A stretch of DNA of 64,000 nt from an uncultured Spirochaetota bacterium (lineage in GTDB: Bacteria; Spirochaetota; Spirochaetia; SZUA-6; Fen-1364). Below the pieces are notes generated by a model. That model was not told where the DNA came from. It saw only the letters and a list, made by a program, of their open reading frames with translations, and did not search any database. The DNA is taken from contig CAWJSK010000013.1 in assembly GCA_963845535.1 (NCBI GenBank), positions 64,001 through 128,000 of the forward strand. The letters run 5' to 3'. Position numbers and translations under genes: made by a program. This document shows positions 18,643 through 28,949 of this stretch, one piece after another. Positions within the stretch are counted from its first letter, which is position 1, and every line of letters starts with the position of its first letter.

Positions 18643-19566
18643 TCAGCCTTTGACCGCGCCTGCCGTGACGCCTTTTGTGATCTGCTTGTAGAAGGCGACG
18701 TAGAAAATCAGCATGGGCGCCATTCCAATCACGAGCGCCGCGAACTGCTTGCCGTAGTCCGAGGTGAGGCTTCCGCTGAAGCGGAAGACCCCCAGGGGCA
18801 GGGATTTCAGCTCCGTCTTGGACACAAGGATGTTGATGAGCGCGAACTCGTTCCACAGATACGTGATGTTGAGGATGGCAACCGTTGTTGCAATAGGCAC
18901 CGCCATGGGAAGGATGATCCAGCGGAAAATCTTGAAATACGTAGCGCCGTCTATCCGGGCCGCCTCAAGGAGGGCGTTCGGAATGCCCTTGATGTACTCG
19001 GTGCTCAAGTAGATTGCGGTAGGCAGGCCGGAGCCGATATAGATGAGGAGCACGCCAATGCGACTGTCATAGAAGATGTGGAGGCTGCCGCCTTTCATGA
19101 GGCCGAGGACGGTGAAGAAGTCCGTGAGAAGCTTGTCCAACTGGGAGACCTCGATGAACAGAGGCACCATGAGGGACTGGATGGAGATGAGGATTCCCAG
19201 AACGAAGCTTCCATAAAGTACGGGCGTTGCCCGGGACTTGATTTTCGCGAAAGCGAAGCCCGCAAGGATGGAGAAGAAGATGATCCCGACCGTGCCTCCG
19301 ATGGTATAGATGAAAGAGTTGGCAATGAGCTTGTTGAACTCCCCGAGGTTCCACGCGCCGGGGAAGTTGATCAGCGTCCAGACGTGAGGGAAGCCCACGC
19401 GGTTGGTGCGGAACTCCGTGGTGCTCTTGAAAGAGCTGATGGTGAGCCAGACAAGCGGCGCAATGGTCATCAAGGCGAAAATGCCCATGACCAGGTAGGC
19501 CGCAGTCTTTGCGGAGATTCCCGCAATCTGCCGTGCCAGGGGGTTTCTGAGTGAATCAGCCACCAC
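18643..19566 (-). CDS. Carbohydrate ABC permease (MalG-like)
   Basis: LLEAARIDGA EAA loop, WNEF, TM pattern. Confidence 0.9.
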   Translation of the reverse strand: MVADSLRNPLARQIAGISAKTAAYLVMGIFALMTIAPLVWLTISSFKSTTEFRTNRVGFPHVWTLINFPGAWNLGEFNKLIANSFIYTIGGTVGIIFFSILAGFAFAKIKSRATPVLYGSFVLGILISIQSLMVPLFIEVSQLDKLLTDFFTVLGLMKGGSLHIFYDSRIGVLLIYIGSGLPTAIYLSTEYIKGIPNALLEAARIDGATYFKIFRWIILPMAVPIATTVAILNITYLWNEFALINILVSKTELKSLPLGVFRFSGSLTSDYGKQFAALVIGMAPMLIFYVAFYKQITKGVTAGAVKG

Positions 19567-20688
19567 TTACTCCTTCCCCCCGTAGCGCCGTTCCGCGAGC
19601 TTTGTGGCGACAATGAGGATCATGCTGAGGAGGACAATGCACAACGCAATGGCGTTGGCAAGGGGATAATTGGGCGCTCCCACGAACGCCGCGTTGTACT
19701 GGTAAATGGAAAGCAGCTCCGTGACGCGGGCGGGCCCGCCGCCGGTCATGGCGTAGATGAGCGCGAAGCTGTTGAGCGACCCCGCTATTGCGAGGATGGC
19801 CGCGTTGACGATCACTCCCGAAAGACTGGGCAGGACCACGCGGCCCATGATCTGGCCCTCAGAAGCGCCGTCTATCCGCGCCGCCTCGATGACGCCGTTG
19901 TCGATCTTCTGCATGTTGGCGAGGAAAAGGATCAGGTACATGCCCGTCCAGCACCACAGCACCACGAAAAGGATGGGGAGCATTGCGACATCCGGTTTTG
20001 TCAGGAACGTGGGAGTCCACTTGGTGCCGAGGAGGTTCACCAGGTCATGCTTGAGCGTGCCCAACTGGTCCGGACTGTAGGTGAGAAGGAGGCTCTTCAG
20101 GCCAGTGGTTGGATCCGGAAAAGTCTGGGCTGCCACCGGTCCGCTGATGGTGATGAGCCTCTTCACGAGGTTGTCCGTGATATTGAAGCCTCCCGCCGAG
20201 TCGAAAGCCTGGGAAATCTTGTGGTACAGCGCGTTCCCATTGGATCGGTTGATCACCTCAGCAATCACGCCGCTGGGAGAGAAGATGATGGCCCACATGA
20301 TGCCGATCACGATGACGGAGATGATGGAGGGCATGTAGAGGACACCCTGCCAGAACTCTCCGAACTTGACCACTTTGCGGTAGATGAGGTAGGCGAAGAT
20401 GAAACCAAGGGGAAGCTGGCCGAACACGGACACCAGGACGATGTACATGTTGTTCTTCAAGGCGGACCAGAAGTACGGATCATGGATGAGCCTCTGGTAT
20501 TGCTGGAAACCGACGACGTGCCACGGCTCTCCGCCGAACATCTTGCCGCCGTTGTAGTTGCTGAGGGAAAGGATGACCGAAATGACTATGGGAAAGCCCA
20601 GCACCAAGAGGTAGAGGATCAGGGCCGGGAGGACCATTGTCCAGTAGGCGAGTTTTTCCTCCGACTTACCGCGGATTGTGCGAGCCAA
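19567..20688 (-). CDS. Carbohydrate ABC permease (MalF-like) with an enlarged extracytoplasmic loop
   Basis: IEAARIDGA, MTGGGP. TTG start after GGAGG. Confidence 0.9.
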   Translation of the reverse strand: MARTIRGKSEEKLAYWTMVLPALILYLLVLGFPIVISVILSLSNYNGGKMFGGEPWHVVGFQQYQRLIHDPYFWSALKNNMYIVLVSVFGQLPLGFIFAYLIYRKVVKFGEFWQGVLYMPSIISVIVIGIMWAIIFSPSGVIAEVINRSNGNALYHKISQAFDSAGGFNITDNLVKRLITISGPVAAQTFPDPTTGLKSLLLTYSPDQLGTLKHDLVNLLGTKWTPTFLTKPDVAMLPILFVVLWCWTGMYLILFLANMQKIDNGVIEAARIDGASEGQIMGRVVLPSLSGVIVNAAILAIAGSLNSFALIYAMTGGGPARVTELLSIYQYNAAFVGAPNYPLANAIALCIVLLSMILIVATKLAERRYGGKE

Positions 20689-20717
20689 CGCCAGCCTCCC
20701 TTTCCCTGACAGAAAAA

Positions 20718-20748
20718 CGGGTGCCCGGCGCGAGGCCGGACACCCGTA
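20718..20748 (-). terminator. Hairpin followed by a U-tract between the SBP and permease genes
   Basis: ACGGGTGCCCGG...CCGGACACCCGT, followed by a T-run on the minus strand. Confidence 0.65.
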
Positions 20749-20777
20749 TCATGCAATCACACGCGCATGAGCGCTGT

Positions 20778-22100
20778 CTACTGGGCGGATTGTGAAGACC
20801 GCCAGTCCGCCATGGCTTTCTCGGTCTCCGCGGCTACCTGAGCCGGGGTCTTTGTACCCAGACCGATCTCCTGCAGGCCCTTGTTGACGTAGTTGTTGAC
20901 CACACCGGGATCAAGGACGCCGTCAAGAACGTAGCTGATCTTGTTGATGGAGGCATAGTACTTGGGCATCATCTGGGTGAACGGCTCGAGCTTGTCACTC
21001 GTCACGCCCTTGAGGGTGGGAATGAACGCGCCCGTCTCCAGCTTTATTTTCTGTACGTCGGGAGAGTAGTAGTACTTCAGGAGCCGCACGGCGGCCTTTT
21101 CCCTGTCAGAGCCAGCGGGGACTGCCTTCGCAATGCCAAGGCCGACGCCCGCAATGGCGGAAACCACGCCGGGGTACTTCTCTCCGGGAATGGCCGGGAA
21201 GTTGATGAACGCATAGTCTGAAGCCTGCTTGTCGGGAGGAATGAGCGCCTGGCCGGTGGACTTGTCCGTGATGTAGAAGCCCTGGCGCCAGTCACCGTCC
21301 ACGATCATGGCGGCCTTGCCAGTGGCGAAGAGGTTCGGTCCGTCGCCGTAGCCCAAGGTCATGTCCGCGCGGGGAATCACTCCATCCTTGAACAGGTCGG
21401 AGATGAACGTGAGCGCCGCAACGTAGCCGGGGTCAGTAAACTTGACCTTGCCCGTCTTCACCTTGTCCACCCAGTCGTTGCCCAGCATGCGGCCGACCAC
21501 CGTGGAGAAGAGACAGGACTGCATCTGCCAGCCGTCTCCGTCCGGGAGCGTGATGACCTGGACTCCCTTTGCCTTGAGGGCGGGAACCATCTTCTTGAGG
21601 TCTGCGTACGTTTTGGGAAGCCCGAAGCCTGCGTCAGCGAGGAGCTTCTTGTTGGCGTAGACCACCGTGGTGTAGGTGACGCTCTGGGGAAGCTCCGCAA
21701 GGTACCCGGAAGCCTGCTGCTTGGGATCAAGAGCGACTGGCACGAAGTTTGAGAGGAACTCCCTGCCCAAGAGCGGGGTCAGGTCCTTCATGAGGTGCAT
21801 CTCGTGGAGGATGGCTGAGCTGGACTTTTCAGAAGGCCACATGTAGATGACGTCAGGAATATTACCGGCCGCGATATAAGCGCCAAGCTTCTCATGGTAC
21901 GGATTGTTGAACAGGATCTCCATCTGGAGATCGATGTCCGGGTTGTCGTCCTTGAATTTCTGCCAGATTGCCTGGTCCTCCGCGTAGCCTGTCTGCGACG
22001 CATCGATGTAATAGAGGAATCTGAGCGGAATCTTGTCTGCGCTGACGTTCAATCCCACAAAGACCAGCAGCGCGAGCGCAATGAAAAGAAACTTCTTCAT
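20778..22100 (-). CDS. Sugar ABC substrate-binding protein
   Basis: Signal peptide, PDVIYMW, FATGKAAMIVDGDW. AGGAGG RBS. Confidence 0.9.
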   Translation of the reverse strand: MKKFLFIALALLVFVGLNVSADKIPLRFLYYIDASQTGYAEDQAIWQKFKDDNPDIDLQMEILFNNPYHEKLGAYIAAGNIPDVIYMWPSEKSSSAILHEMHLMKDLTPLLGREFLSNFVPVALDPKQQASGYLAELPQSVTYTTVVYANKKLLADAGFGLPKTYADLKKMVPALKAKGVQVITLPDGDGWQMQSCLFSTVVGRMLGNDWVDKVKTGKVKFTDPGYVAALTFISDLFKDGVIPRADMTLGYGDGPNLFATGKAAMIVDGDWRQGFYITDKSTGQALIPPDKQASDYAFINFPAIPGEKYPGVVSAIAGVGLGIAKAVPAGSDREKAAVRLLKYYYSPDVQKIKLETGAFIPTLKGVTSDKLEPFTQMMPKYYASINKISYVLDGVLDPGVVNNYVNKGLQEIGLGTKTPAQVAAETEKAMADWRSSQSAQ

Positions 22101-22175
22101 AGCGCCAACCTCCTTGAAAGTCTTTTGACCCCCTCAACGAGGGGATTTTCCAGAGCCAGTACATAGAGTGACTGA

Positions 22176-22198
22176 GTTGATTGATTACTCAAACCAAC
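22176..22198. promoter_or_regulatory. Candidate ROK repressor operator
   Basis: Imperfect palindrome GTTGATTGATTACTCAAACCAAC just downstream of a minus-strand TTGACA (22225-22230) promoter, between the SBP and ROK genes. Confidence 0.5.
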
Positions 22199-22305
22199 GT
22201 CATCGTCTCATGATATCCGGTGGTTGTCAAGAAAAATCTTTGCAGAATTGTGTTGTTGATGTTGCTCAATCCTTATGATACGGTGGTTGGGAGAAGCAAT
22301 CTACA

Positions 22306-23448
22306 ATGAAGGATATTGATTTCCTCATAGATAAGAGTCAGGCCTCAATCAACCTGCACCGCGTTGTGCGCGCCGTATGGGTGAACTCCGGAGTGAGCAG
22401 AAGCTGGCTCGCCGGCGCGTTGGGACTGGACAAATCCACGGTGACGAAGATCGTTGCCGAGCTCCTGAAGCGCGGCATCATCGAGGAGTCCGCGGAAGGG
22501 GAAGCGGGACAGCGCGGCGGGAGAAAGCCCGTCTACCTGTCCATAAAGCGCGACTTCGGGTGCGTCCTGGGACTGGAAATCCAGACCGAGCGGTACACGG
22601 CCACTGCCATCGACCTGGATGGCGGCGTGCTGTATTCCCGTTCCGCGCCTTTCTCCCTGGACGGAAAGCAAATCCCCTCGGTCTTCATGGATATCGTCAG
22701 TGAGGTGACCGGTGATCTGGAAGCCCGCGGACTGCAGCTCCTCGGCCTCGGGGTGGGGCTGTCAGGTCTCGTGGATTCCGAGCGCGGCGTCATCCGTCAG
22801 TCCCTTCCTCTGGGGATCACCTCCCCCTTGGACTTCTATTCCTCCAGCGCCCGGCTTCTCGGCGTGCCGCTGTGCGTGGACAATGACGCAAACTGCGGCT
22901 GTTGGGCGGAGCTGATCCGGAACCGAAAGGCTCAGCCCCGAGAGTTCCTTTTCCTGCTGGGGGAGTTCCGCAAGGAACGCGTGGCGGACGCCAACGGCGG
23001 GGGAGTATCCGTAGGCATGGGGCTCGTTATTGGCGGCCGCGTGCACCTGGGGGCCAACAGCTCCGCCGGAGAGTTTCGAAGCATCTTCAGGGTCTCGGAA
23101 ACCAAGAGCCAGTTCTCCCTTCCGCAGGACACCTTGCGAAGGGCTGAGGGAGAAGAAGAAGCCTTCCGCCAGGTGGCGGTCGAGCTTTCACGCAACCTCG
23201 CCCTCCTCGTGAACACGCTGGACCTTTCCCGCGTCTTCATTGGCGGCAGCATCGAGAAGTATCGCAGCGTCCTTATTCCCATCCTCGAGGAACAGATCCA
23301 GGGCAACTGGCCGTATGGAAAGAAAAACGTGATCATCGAGCTTTCGGAGCTCGGTGAGCTGGTGGTTGCCTATGGAGCCGCGGCAATGTTCCTGGAACGT
23401 CTCTTCGGACTGCCCGCCATCCAGGATGCCGCAACCCCTGATGATTGA
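22306..23448 (+). CDS. ROK family transcriptional regulator
   Basis: wHTH SRSWLAGALGLDKSTVTKIV, GGRKP, GVGLSGLVD, DNDAN, AGEF. Confidence 0.9.
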   Translation: MKDIDFLIDKSQASINLHRVVRAVWVNSGVSRSWLAGALGLDKSTVTKIVAELLKRGIIEESAEGEAGQRGGRKPVYLSIKRDFGCVLGLEIQTERYTATAIDLDGGVLYSRSAPFSLDGKQIPSVFMDIVSEVTGDLEARGLQLLGLGVGLSGLVDSERGVIRQSLPLGITSPLDFYSSSARLLGVPLCVDNDANCGCWAELIRNRKAQPREFLFLLGEFRKERVADANGGGVSVGMGLVIGGRVHLGANSSAGEFRSIFRVSETKSQFSLPQDTLRRAEGEEEAFRQVAVELSRNLALLVNTLDLSRVFIGGSIEKYRSVLIPILEEQIQGNWPYGKKNVIIELSELGELVVAYGAAAMFLERLFGLPAIQDAATPDD

Positions 23449-23486
23449 CGCTCTTGCCGACGACCCGTCCGGACCTCGACTATCGA

Positions 23487-24329
23487 CTATCCCTTGACTG
23501 ATCCCGCCGTCATTCCCGCCAGGAAATATCGCTGGGCAACAAGGTAAAGAATCAGGATGGGGAGGGATCCCAGCATGCTCATGGCCATCATCTGGTTCCA
23601 TTCATAGGCATGCTGCCCCATGAGGAGCTGGATCCCAACGGGCACCGTGCGCATCTCCGTGGACTTGGTGAGCGTCAGCGCAAAGAGGAACTCGTTCCAT
23701 GCAAGGAGGAACGTGTAGATGGCGGTTGCCACGACGCCCGGCACGGACGTGGGCACGATCACGCGCCACAGCGCAAAGAAGCTTGACCCGCCGTCAACCA
23801 TCACGGCCTCATCCAGCTCCCGCGGCACGGTATTGAAGTACCCCGTCATCATCAGGATGGCATAGGGTAGTGTGAACACCATGTAGGTGAAGATCAACGC
23901 GAAATACGTGTTGTACATCCTGAATGCCACCACCAGCCCGAAGTAAGGGATCATGAGCGTGATAGGCGGGACCGTCTGCGTGCTGATGATGAAGAGGTTC
24001 AAAGGCTTCTTCAGCCGGAAGGTGTAGCGGCTGAAGCCATACCCCGACAGGATGGCTACAAAAAGCGTGAGGAGAGTGACTACGCCTGCAACGAGATAGC
24101 TGTTGAGAAAGAACCTGATCTTTGTGGAGCTCGTGAGAATGGCCTGGTAGGCTCCCAGGAAGAAGTGCTTCGGGATGACGTGCGGCGGGAGGGAAAAGAT
24201 CTCCGTATTGTTCTTGAGGGAGGCGGAGAGCATCCACAGCACGGGGAAGGCCGCAAAGACAAGGCCAATGGCCAGCGCGATATAGGTGAGCGTGGGGGCA
24301 ATCCACTTCCCTCGGACGGTAGCCGTCAT
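23487..24329 (-). CDS. Carbohydrate ABC permease
   Basis: ELDEAVMVDG, AWNEFLFA. Confidence 0.9.
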   Translation of the reverse strand: MTATVRGKWIAPTLTYIALAIGLVFAAFPVLWMLSASLKNNTEIFSLPPHVIPKHFFLGAYQAILTSSTKIRFFLNSYLVAGVVTLLTLFVAILSGYGFSRYTFRLKKPLNLFIISTQTVPPITLMIPYFGLVVAFRMYNTYFALIFTYMVFTLPYAILMMTGYFNTVPRELDEAVMVDGGSSFFALWRVIVPTSVPGVVATAIYTFLLAWNEFLFALTLTKSTEMRTVPVGIQLLMGQHAYEWNQMMAMSMLGSLPILILYLVAQRYFLAGMTAGSVKG

Positions 24330-24332
24330 ATT

Positions 24333-25259
24333 CTACGCCCTCGCTCTCTGTTGTCTGACATAGAAGAACGCGACGCACAAGGAGAGAATCAGGACGATAA
24401 CGGCGCTTGCGGAGGCAAGGGAGAACTTGTACGTGCTGAAGGCGAGCTTGTACGTGTAGGTTCCCAACACCTCCGTGACATGGATTGGACCTCCGCCTGT
24501 AGTCATCCACACCAGGGCAAAGATCTGCATTGTCCAGATGAAGTCCAGCATGGCAATACTGAGGATGATGGGCATGAGCTGGGGGACCGTGATGTGGCGG
24601 AACTTCTGCGGTTCGTTGGCTCCGTCAATTGTGGCAGCCTCATACAGATCGTTCGGAATGCCCTGCAGTCCTGCAAGAAGGCTCACCATGTAGAAGGGGT
24701 ACCCTGCCCAGATGTTCACAAACACGAGTGCCTGCATGGCGTTCTCCGGGGAAGAGAACCATCCGTGGTTGACGTTCATGAGGTGCGCGAACTGGAGGGC
24801 GTAGTTCACAATTCCCACGGGGTCCAGGAGCAGCCGCCAGATGATTGCAATGATGGTTGCCGTGAATACCCACGGCATGATGTAGAAGACCCTCAGGATG
24901 CTCCTGATGACGGGGTTGACGGCCCGGGAGTTCAGCAGCAAGGCAAAGCACATCCCGACAAGGAGGTGGAAGACCACGCTCATGACGGTGAAGTACAGCG
25001 TGTTGAACATCGAAGTCCAGAACGTGTCATCCGTGAGCACCGTGAGGTAGTTCTGAAGACCCACGAATGCCGGGTGCCTGTTCATGATGGCGCCATCCAG
25101 AAGGGAATACCGGACAACGGTGATGATGGGGACCACCATGAGCAGCGTCAGGAAGATGATTGTCAGCGCCTGGTACGAGTAAGGGACCAGGGCGCGCCGG
25201 GCTTTCCGGAAAATGGATGCCTGCATGTTCGCAGTCAAGACCGATTCTGACGTTGACAT
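24333..25259 (-). CDS. Carbohydrate ABC permease
   Basis: LYEAATIDGA, MTTGGGP. Confidence 0.9.
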   Translation of the reverse strand: MSTSESVLTANMQASIFRKARRALVPYSYQALTIIFLTLLMVVPIITVVRYSLLDGAIMNRHPAFVGLQNYLTVLTDDTFWTSMFNTLYFTVMSVVFHLLVGMCFALLLNSRAVNPVIRSILRVFYIMPWVFTATIIAIIWRLLLDPVGIVNYALQFAHLMNVNHGWFSSPENAMQALVFVNIWAGYPFYMVSLLAGLQGIPNDLYEAATIDGANEPQKFRHITVPQLMPIILSIAMLDFIWTMQIFALVWMTTGGGPIHVTEVLGTYTYKLAFSTYKFSLASASAVIVLILSLCVAFFYVRQQRARA

Positions 25260-25296
25260 GGCGAGCCACCTCATTCTACTTGGATGCTGGGAAAAA

Positions 25297-25325
25297 GGCT
25301 ACGCAATACCGCGTATTGCGTAGCC
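25297..25325 (-). terminator. Intrinsic terminator/attenuator hairpin after the SBP gene
   Basis: Perfect 13-bp stem GGCTACGCAATAC-CGC-GTATTGCGTAGCC followed by TTTTT on the minus strand. Confidence 0.8.
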
Positions 25326-25348
25326 AAAGGGAGGCAGTGACGGGTGAG

Positions 25349-26587
25349 CTAAAAGACCTTGGCCCATTCCGCCTGGGCCTTGGCAGCAGCCTGCTCAGCG
25401 GTCTGCTTGCCATCCAGCATGACCTGGATCTGCTCGTCAAACAATCTCATGAGCTGCTCCGCCTGGGGCAGTCCAACGAACTCGTTGGCAAGGTATCCGT
25501 TCTGGAAAATTTCGAATCCCTTTCCGAAAAGCGGATCAGTGACCACAAAGGAAGGCTTGGCCTTCACGTTGCCGGGGAAAGCATGGGCCAGGGAGACGAG
25601 CTTGCCGTTGATTTCCGGGCTCATGAGGAAGGACACAAGCTTCCACGCGTCCTGCGGGTTCTTGCTGCTTGCGCTGACGCCAATTCCCCACGCGGCGTAC
25701 GGAAGCCCGCGGCGGCCGGTGTAGCCGTCAACGGCCGGAAGGGCCGAGATGGCGAACTTCAGCTTGGGATTGCGTTCACGGATCAGGTTGATGTGGGCCA
25801 GCGTGTCGATCATCATGCCCACGCGGCCGTTGACGAACTCTTCAACCTTGTCCTGTTCCTGCTTGGCAAAAGTTCCCGGAGAGATCACGCCATCCTTGTA
25901 CATGGTCTGCACGAACTTGAGCGCGCTGATGACGTCAGGGTTGGTCAGATCAGGCTTGCCGTCCTTGAGCATGCTCTTGCCGGATGCCCAGACCCATGAC
26001 ATGACATCGTTTTGAACTCCGTTGGGAGTCTGGAGGGAAAGCGGGAGCACCCAACCGTACTGGTTTTTCGACGGCTTCGTGAGCTTCCTTGCATCAGCAA
26101 GGAACTGGCTTCTCGTTTCCGGCGGATTGGCAATGCCTGCCGCCTTTAACAGGTCGAGGTTGACGAACACGGGATAAACGAAGGAGGCAACGGGAAGCAT
26201 GTAGCTGTTGCCGTTTACCTTGATGATGGCGGCGGCCTGGCTGGGGTCCCAGTTGCTGGAAGACATCAGGCTGTCAAGTGACGTGATTGCCCCCTGCTTG
26301 GCCAGGTCATTCACCCAGGCGCCGTCAAGGCCGACAACGTCGCTGAGCGTACCCGTGGCTGCACCGGCCACAATCTGGTCATGCGTCGTAGAGTACGGGC
26401 CGCTGATCAGCTTGACCTTGATGCCGGGGTTCTGGGCTTCGAACTGGTCCATGAGCCCCCGCAACGCTCCCGAAGGAAGCTCCGGTTCCCACCACTGGAT
26501 GAACTCAAGGGTAACATCCTGCGCCCAGACCATGGCTGTCATCATGACCATGGCAATGATGGCCAAAAGGACCTTTTTACGACTCAT
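25349..26587 (-). CDS. Sugar ABC substrate-binding protein
   Basis: Signal peptide MSRKKVLL..., QWWEPE, FVNGRVGMMID. AGGAGG RBS. Confidence 0.9.
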   Translation of the reverse strand: MSRKKVLLAIIAMVMMTAMVWAQDVTLEFIQWWEPELPSGALRGLMDQFEAQNPGIKVKLISGPYSTTHDQIVAGAATGTLSDVVGLDGAWVNDLAKQGAITSLDSLMSSSNWDPSQAAAIIKVNGNSYMLPVASFVYPVFVNLDLLKAAGIANPPETRSQFLADARKLTKPSKNQYGWVLPLSLQTPNGVQNDVMSWVWASGKSMLKDGKPDLTNPDVISALKFVQTMYKDGVISPGTFAKQEQDKVEEFVNGRVGMMIDTLAHINLIRERNPKLKFAISALPAVDGYTGRRGLPYAAWGIGVSASSKNPQDAWKLVSFLMSPEINGKLVSLAHAFPGNVKAKPSFVVTDPLFGKGFEIFQNGYLANEFVGLPQAEQLMRLFDEQIQVMLDGKQTAEQAAAKAQAEWAKVF

Positions 26588-26648
26588 GGAAGTCCTCCTT
26601 ACTAAATATTGATTTGGCTGGCTTATATGGCCGCATCTCCAGATGTGC

Positions 26649-26761
26649 ATATTACGACCAGTTTGAGGCAATGTCAAGTAATTTCTTATAAAAATATCAA
26701 CATCATATGTTCATATGATATTGAAATTGACATTGACATAGTCTGATTATAAAGATATAGT
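26649..26761. promoter_or_regulatory. Divergent sigma70 promoters with a central palindromic operator
   Basis: Plus strand TTGACA(26733)-17bp-TATAGT(26756). Minus strand TTGACA(26672-77)-17bp-TAATAT(26649-54). Perfect palindrome ATCATATG-TT-CATATGAT at 26702-26719. Confidence 0.75.
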
Positions 26762-26830
26762 CACGAATAACGTCAGTTGATGTTCGATAATTGGGTTGGA
26801 GTGAGCGCAGTGGATGGGAAAGGAACCAAG

Positions 26831-28024
26831 ATGAACGAGGCAATAGCCTTGGGACTGGGAAACAACATCGACTATGAGATCAAATGGGATTCACATGTAA
26901 TTGAAGCCCAGATTGAGAATTACCAGATATCCATGGAGGAGATCCGTCCGGTCGAGCGTATCGATTCAGTGCGGAATCTGCTCATTTCCATCCTTTATTA
27001 TATGAAGAACGGAACAGGCACGGAGCGCTACGTTGAAAGTCTTCAGGTCCTTACCGAGCTCGCTGAGTGCTTTGCCAAGGATATTACGATAGGAGGAACC
27101 GCGCCCCGGGCGGCCATCGCCTTGAGCAAGATCGGCATTCCCTCTTCGGTGCACCTGGTGACCATCAACGATCATGTCAGGAAGCTCATGCCGAGAGGAG
27201 GGACCTGGTACTGCAGCAACTCCATGGACACGCTGTACCCCCATCTGATCGTCCAATATGAGAACGGGGCCCGCGTGGCCGCCCGTGACGTCGACATTCT
27301 GGCGCCCGTGTCCACCCGTCTGATATACGTCAACGATCATGACAACGAGCTGGTGAAGCTCGAACCGGGATTTTTCGATAATGCCAGGAGCGCAAACGCG
27401 TGCCTCATTTCCGGTTTCAACGCGATGAGGGACGCCAGCCGGCTTCAGGAACGACTGCGCGAGCTATCGGTATTGCTGCAGGCCTTGCCCCAGGCAGTCA
27501 CGGTCTTCTACGAAGATGCGTGCTTTCATAACGCGGACTTCAGGCGCATCGTGCTCGCCGGCCTCTCCTCCCTGCTGGATATCTTCAGCCTCAATGAGGA
27601 CGAGATGCAGGGATACCTCCGTGACAGAATCGATCTGCTGGACCCTCGGAGGATGCTGGAAGCGGTCCGTGCGCTCCGTACGGTAATCACTGTCCCCATT
27701 CTTGTGGTCCATACGCGGCACTGGGCCCTTGCCAGCGGCCCGGACTGCGCCAGGTATTCCGCGGCTTTGAAGAGCGGCATATCCATGGCCGCAACCCGGT
27801 TCAGGCTCGGAGACGGCTTTTCGAAATCCGATTTTTTGGCGACGCACGGTTTTCCACCGCAGGGCAAAGGAGAAGCTTTTGCCCGGGAGATCAACCGGCT
27901 TGGAGACGGGGAGGTCTGCTGCCTTCCCTGCATGGAAGTGGAAGAGAAGAAAGTGACGACGATCGGACTTGGAGATGCATTCGTCGGGGGATTTCTTTCG
28001 ACGATGACACGCGCGGAAAACTGA
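26831..28024 (+). CDS. ADP-dependent glucokinase/phosphofructokinase family sugar kinase
   Basis: GLGNNIDYE, IGGTAPRAA, SLNEDE, VVHT, TTIGLGDAFVGGF (ribokinase-superfamily GxGD in the ADP-kinase context). Confidence 0.82.
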   Translation: MNEAIALGLGNNIDYEIKWDSHVIEAQIENYQISMEEIRPVERIDSVRNLLISILYYMKNGTGTERYVESLQVLTELAECFAKDITIGGTAPRAAIALSKIGIPSSVHLVTINDHVRKLMPRGGTWYCSNSMDTLYPHLIVQYENGARVAARDVDILAPVSTRLIYVNDHDNELVKLEPGFFDNARSANACLISGFNAMRDASRLQERLRELSVLLQALPQAVTVFYEDACFHNADFRRIVLAGLSSLLDIFSLNEDEMQGYLRDRIDLLDPRRMLEAVRALRTVITVPILVVHTRHWALASGPDCARYSAALKSGISMAATRFRLGDGFSKSDFLATHGFPPQGKGEAFAREINRLGDGEVCCLPCMEVEEKKVTTIGLGDAFVGGFLSTMTRAEN

Positions 28025-28046
28025 TTTTTCAAGGAGAGGAACGGGA

Positions 28047-28902
28047 ATGAGTATTGTAACAGGCAGAGAGCTGTTGACGGATGCGCGGGCCCGCCACTAC
28101 GCGGTCGCGGCTTTCAATACGAACAACTTGGAATACATGCAAGCAATTCTGGAGGCCGCGGCGGAGCTTTCGTCTCCGGTCATCGTGTCAGCAGCAAAAA
28201 GCGAGATTGACTACATGAACGGGCCGACCTTTGTGGCCATGGTCAGGACGCTCTCCGCGAAGCTCCCCATCCCCATCGCCATCCACCTTGATCATGGCCC
28301 CTCATACGATGAAGCCGTGCGCTGCATCAACTACGGCTTCACGTCCGTGATGTACGACGGGTCACGGTTTCCCCTGGATGAGAACATCGCCGTAACGAAG
28401 AAGGTTGTCGAAGCGGCGCACGCCTGCGGCATCTCCGTGGAGGGTGAGATCGGAGTCATCGGACAGGCTGCGGACAACCCGGAAGGCTTGAAAGCCGAGT
28501 CAGGGCTGGCCTCTCCCGTGGAGTGCGAAAGGTTCGTCAAGGAGACGGGAGTGGATTTCTTTGCGGCCGCAATCGGAAACGCGCATGGCCTGTACGTGGG
28601 CAAGCCGAAGCTCCATTTCGACCGGCTGACGGACATCGCACGGCGCACAGGCGTTCCCCTTGTGCTGCACGGCGGGACGGGTATCCCCGTGGAGGACATC
28701 AAGAAGGCAATCTCCATCAGTGTGGCAAAGATCAATTTCAGCACCATCATGCGGCAAGGATATATAGAAGACAATGAGAAAGACGCTGGACGCCAACCCG
28801 GGGGAGCTGGACCTCATGAAGCTCCTGACCCCGTCGAAGCTCATCATGAAGGAGATCGCCAAACAGCACATCCTGATGTGCGGGTCTGATCACAAGGCCT
28901 GA
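28047..28902 (+). CDS. fba: Class II ketose-bisphosphate aldolase; +1 frameshift near 28768 (probably an error)
   Basis: HLDHG, SVMYDGS, VEGEIG, AIGNAHG, LVLHGGTG, KINFST. The expected C-terminus TMRKTLDANPGELDLMKLL...MCGSDHKA* lies in the next frame, ending at 28902. Confidence 0.88.
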
Positions 28903-28949
28903 TTGGCGAGCGGCGGCACGCGGCGTATACTGCGGCCGGAGCCGAAGAG

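Noticed and set aside
28760..28780. Programmed ribosomal frameshift in fba
   Set aside because: No convincing slippery heptamer or stimulatory structure. A single-base assembly error is simpler.
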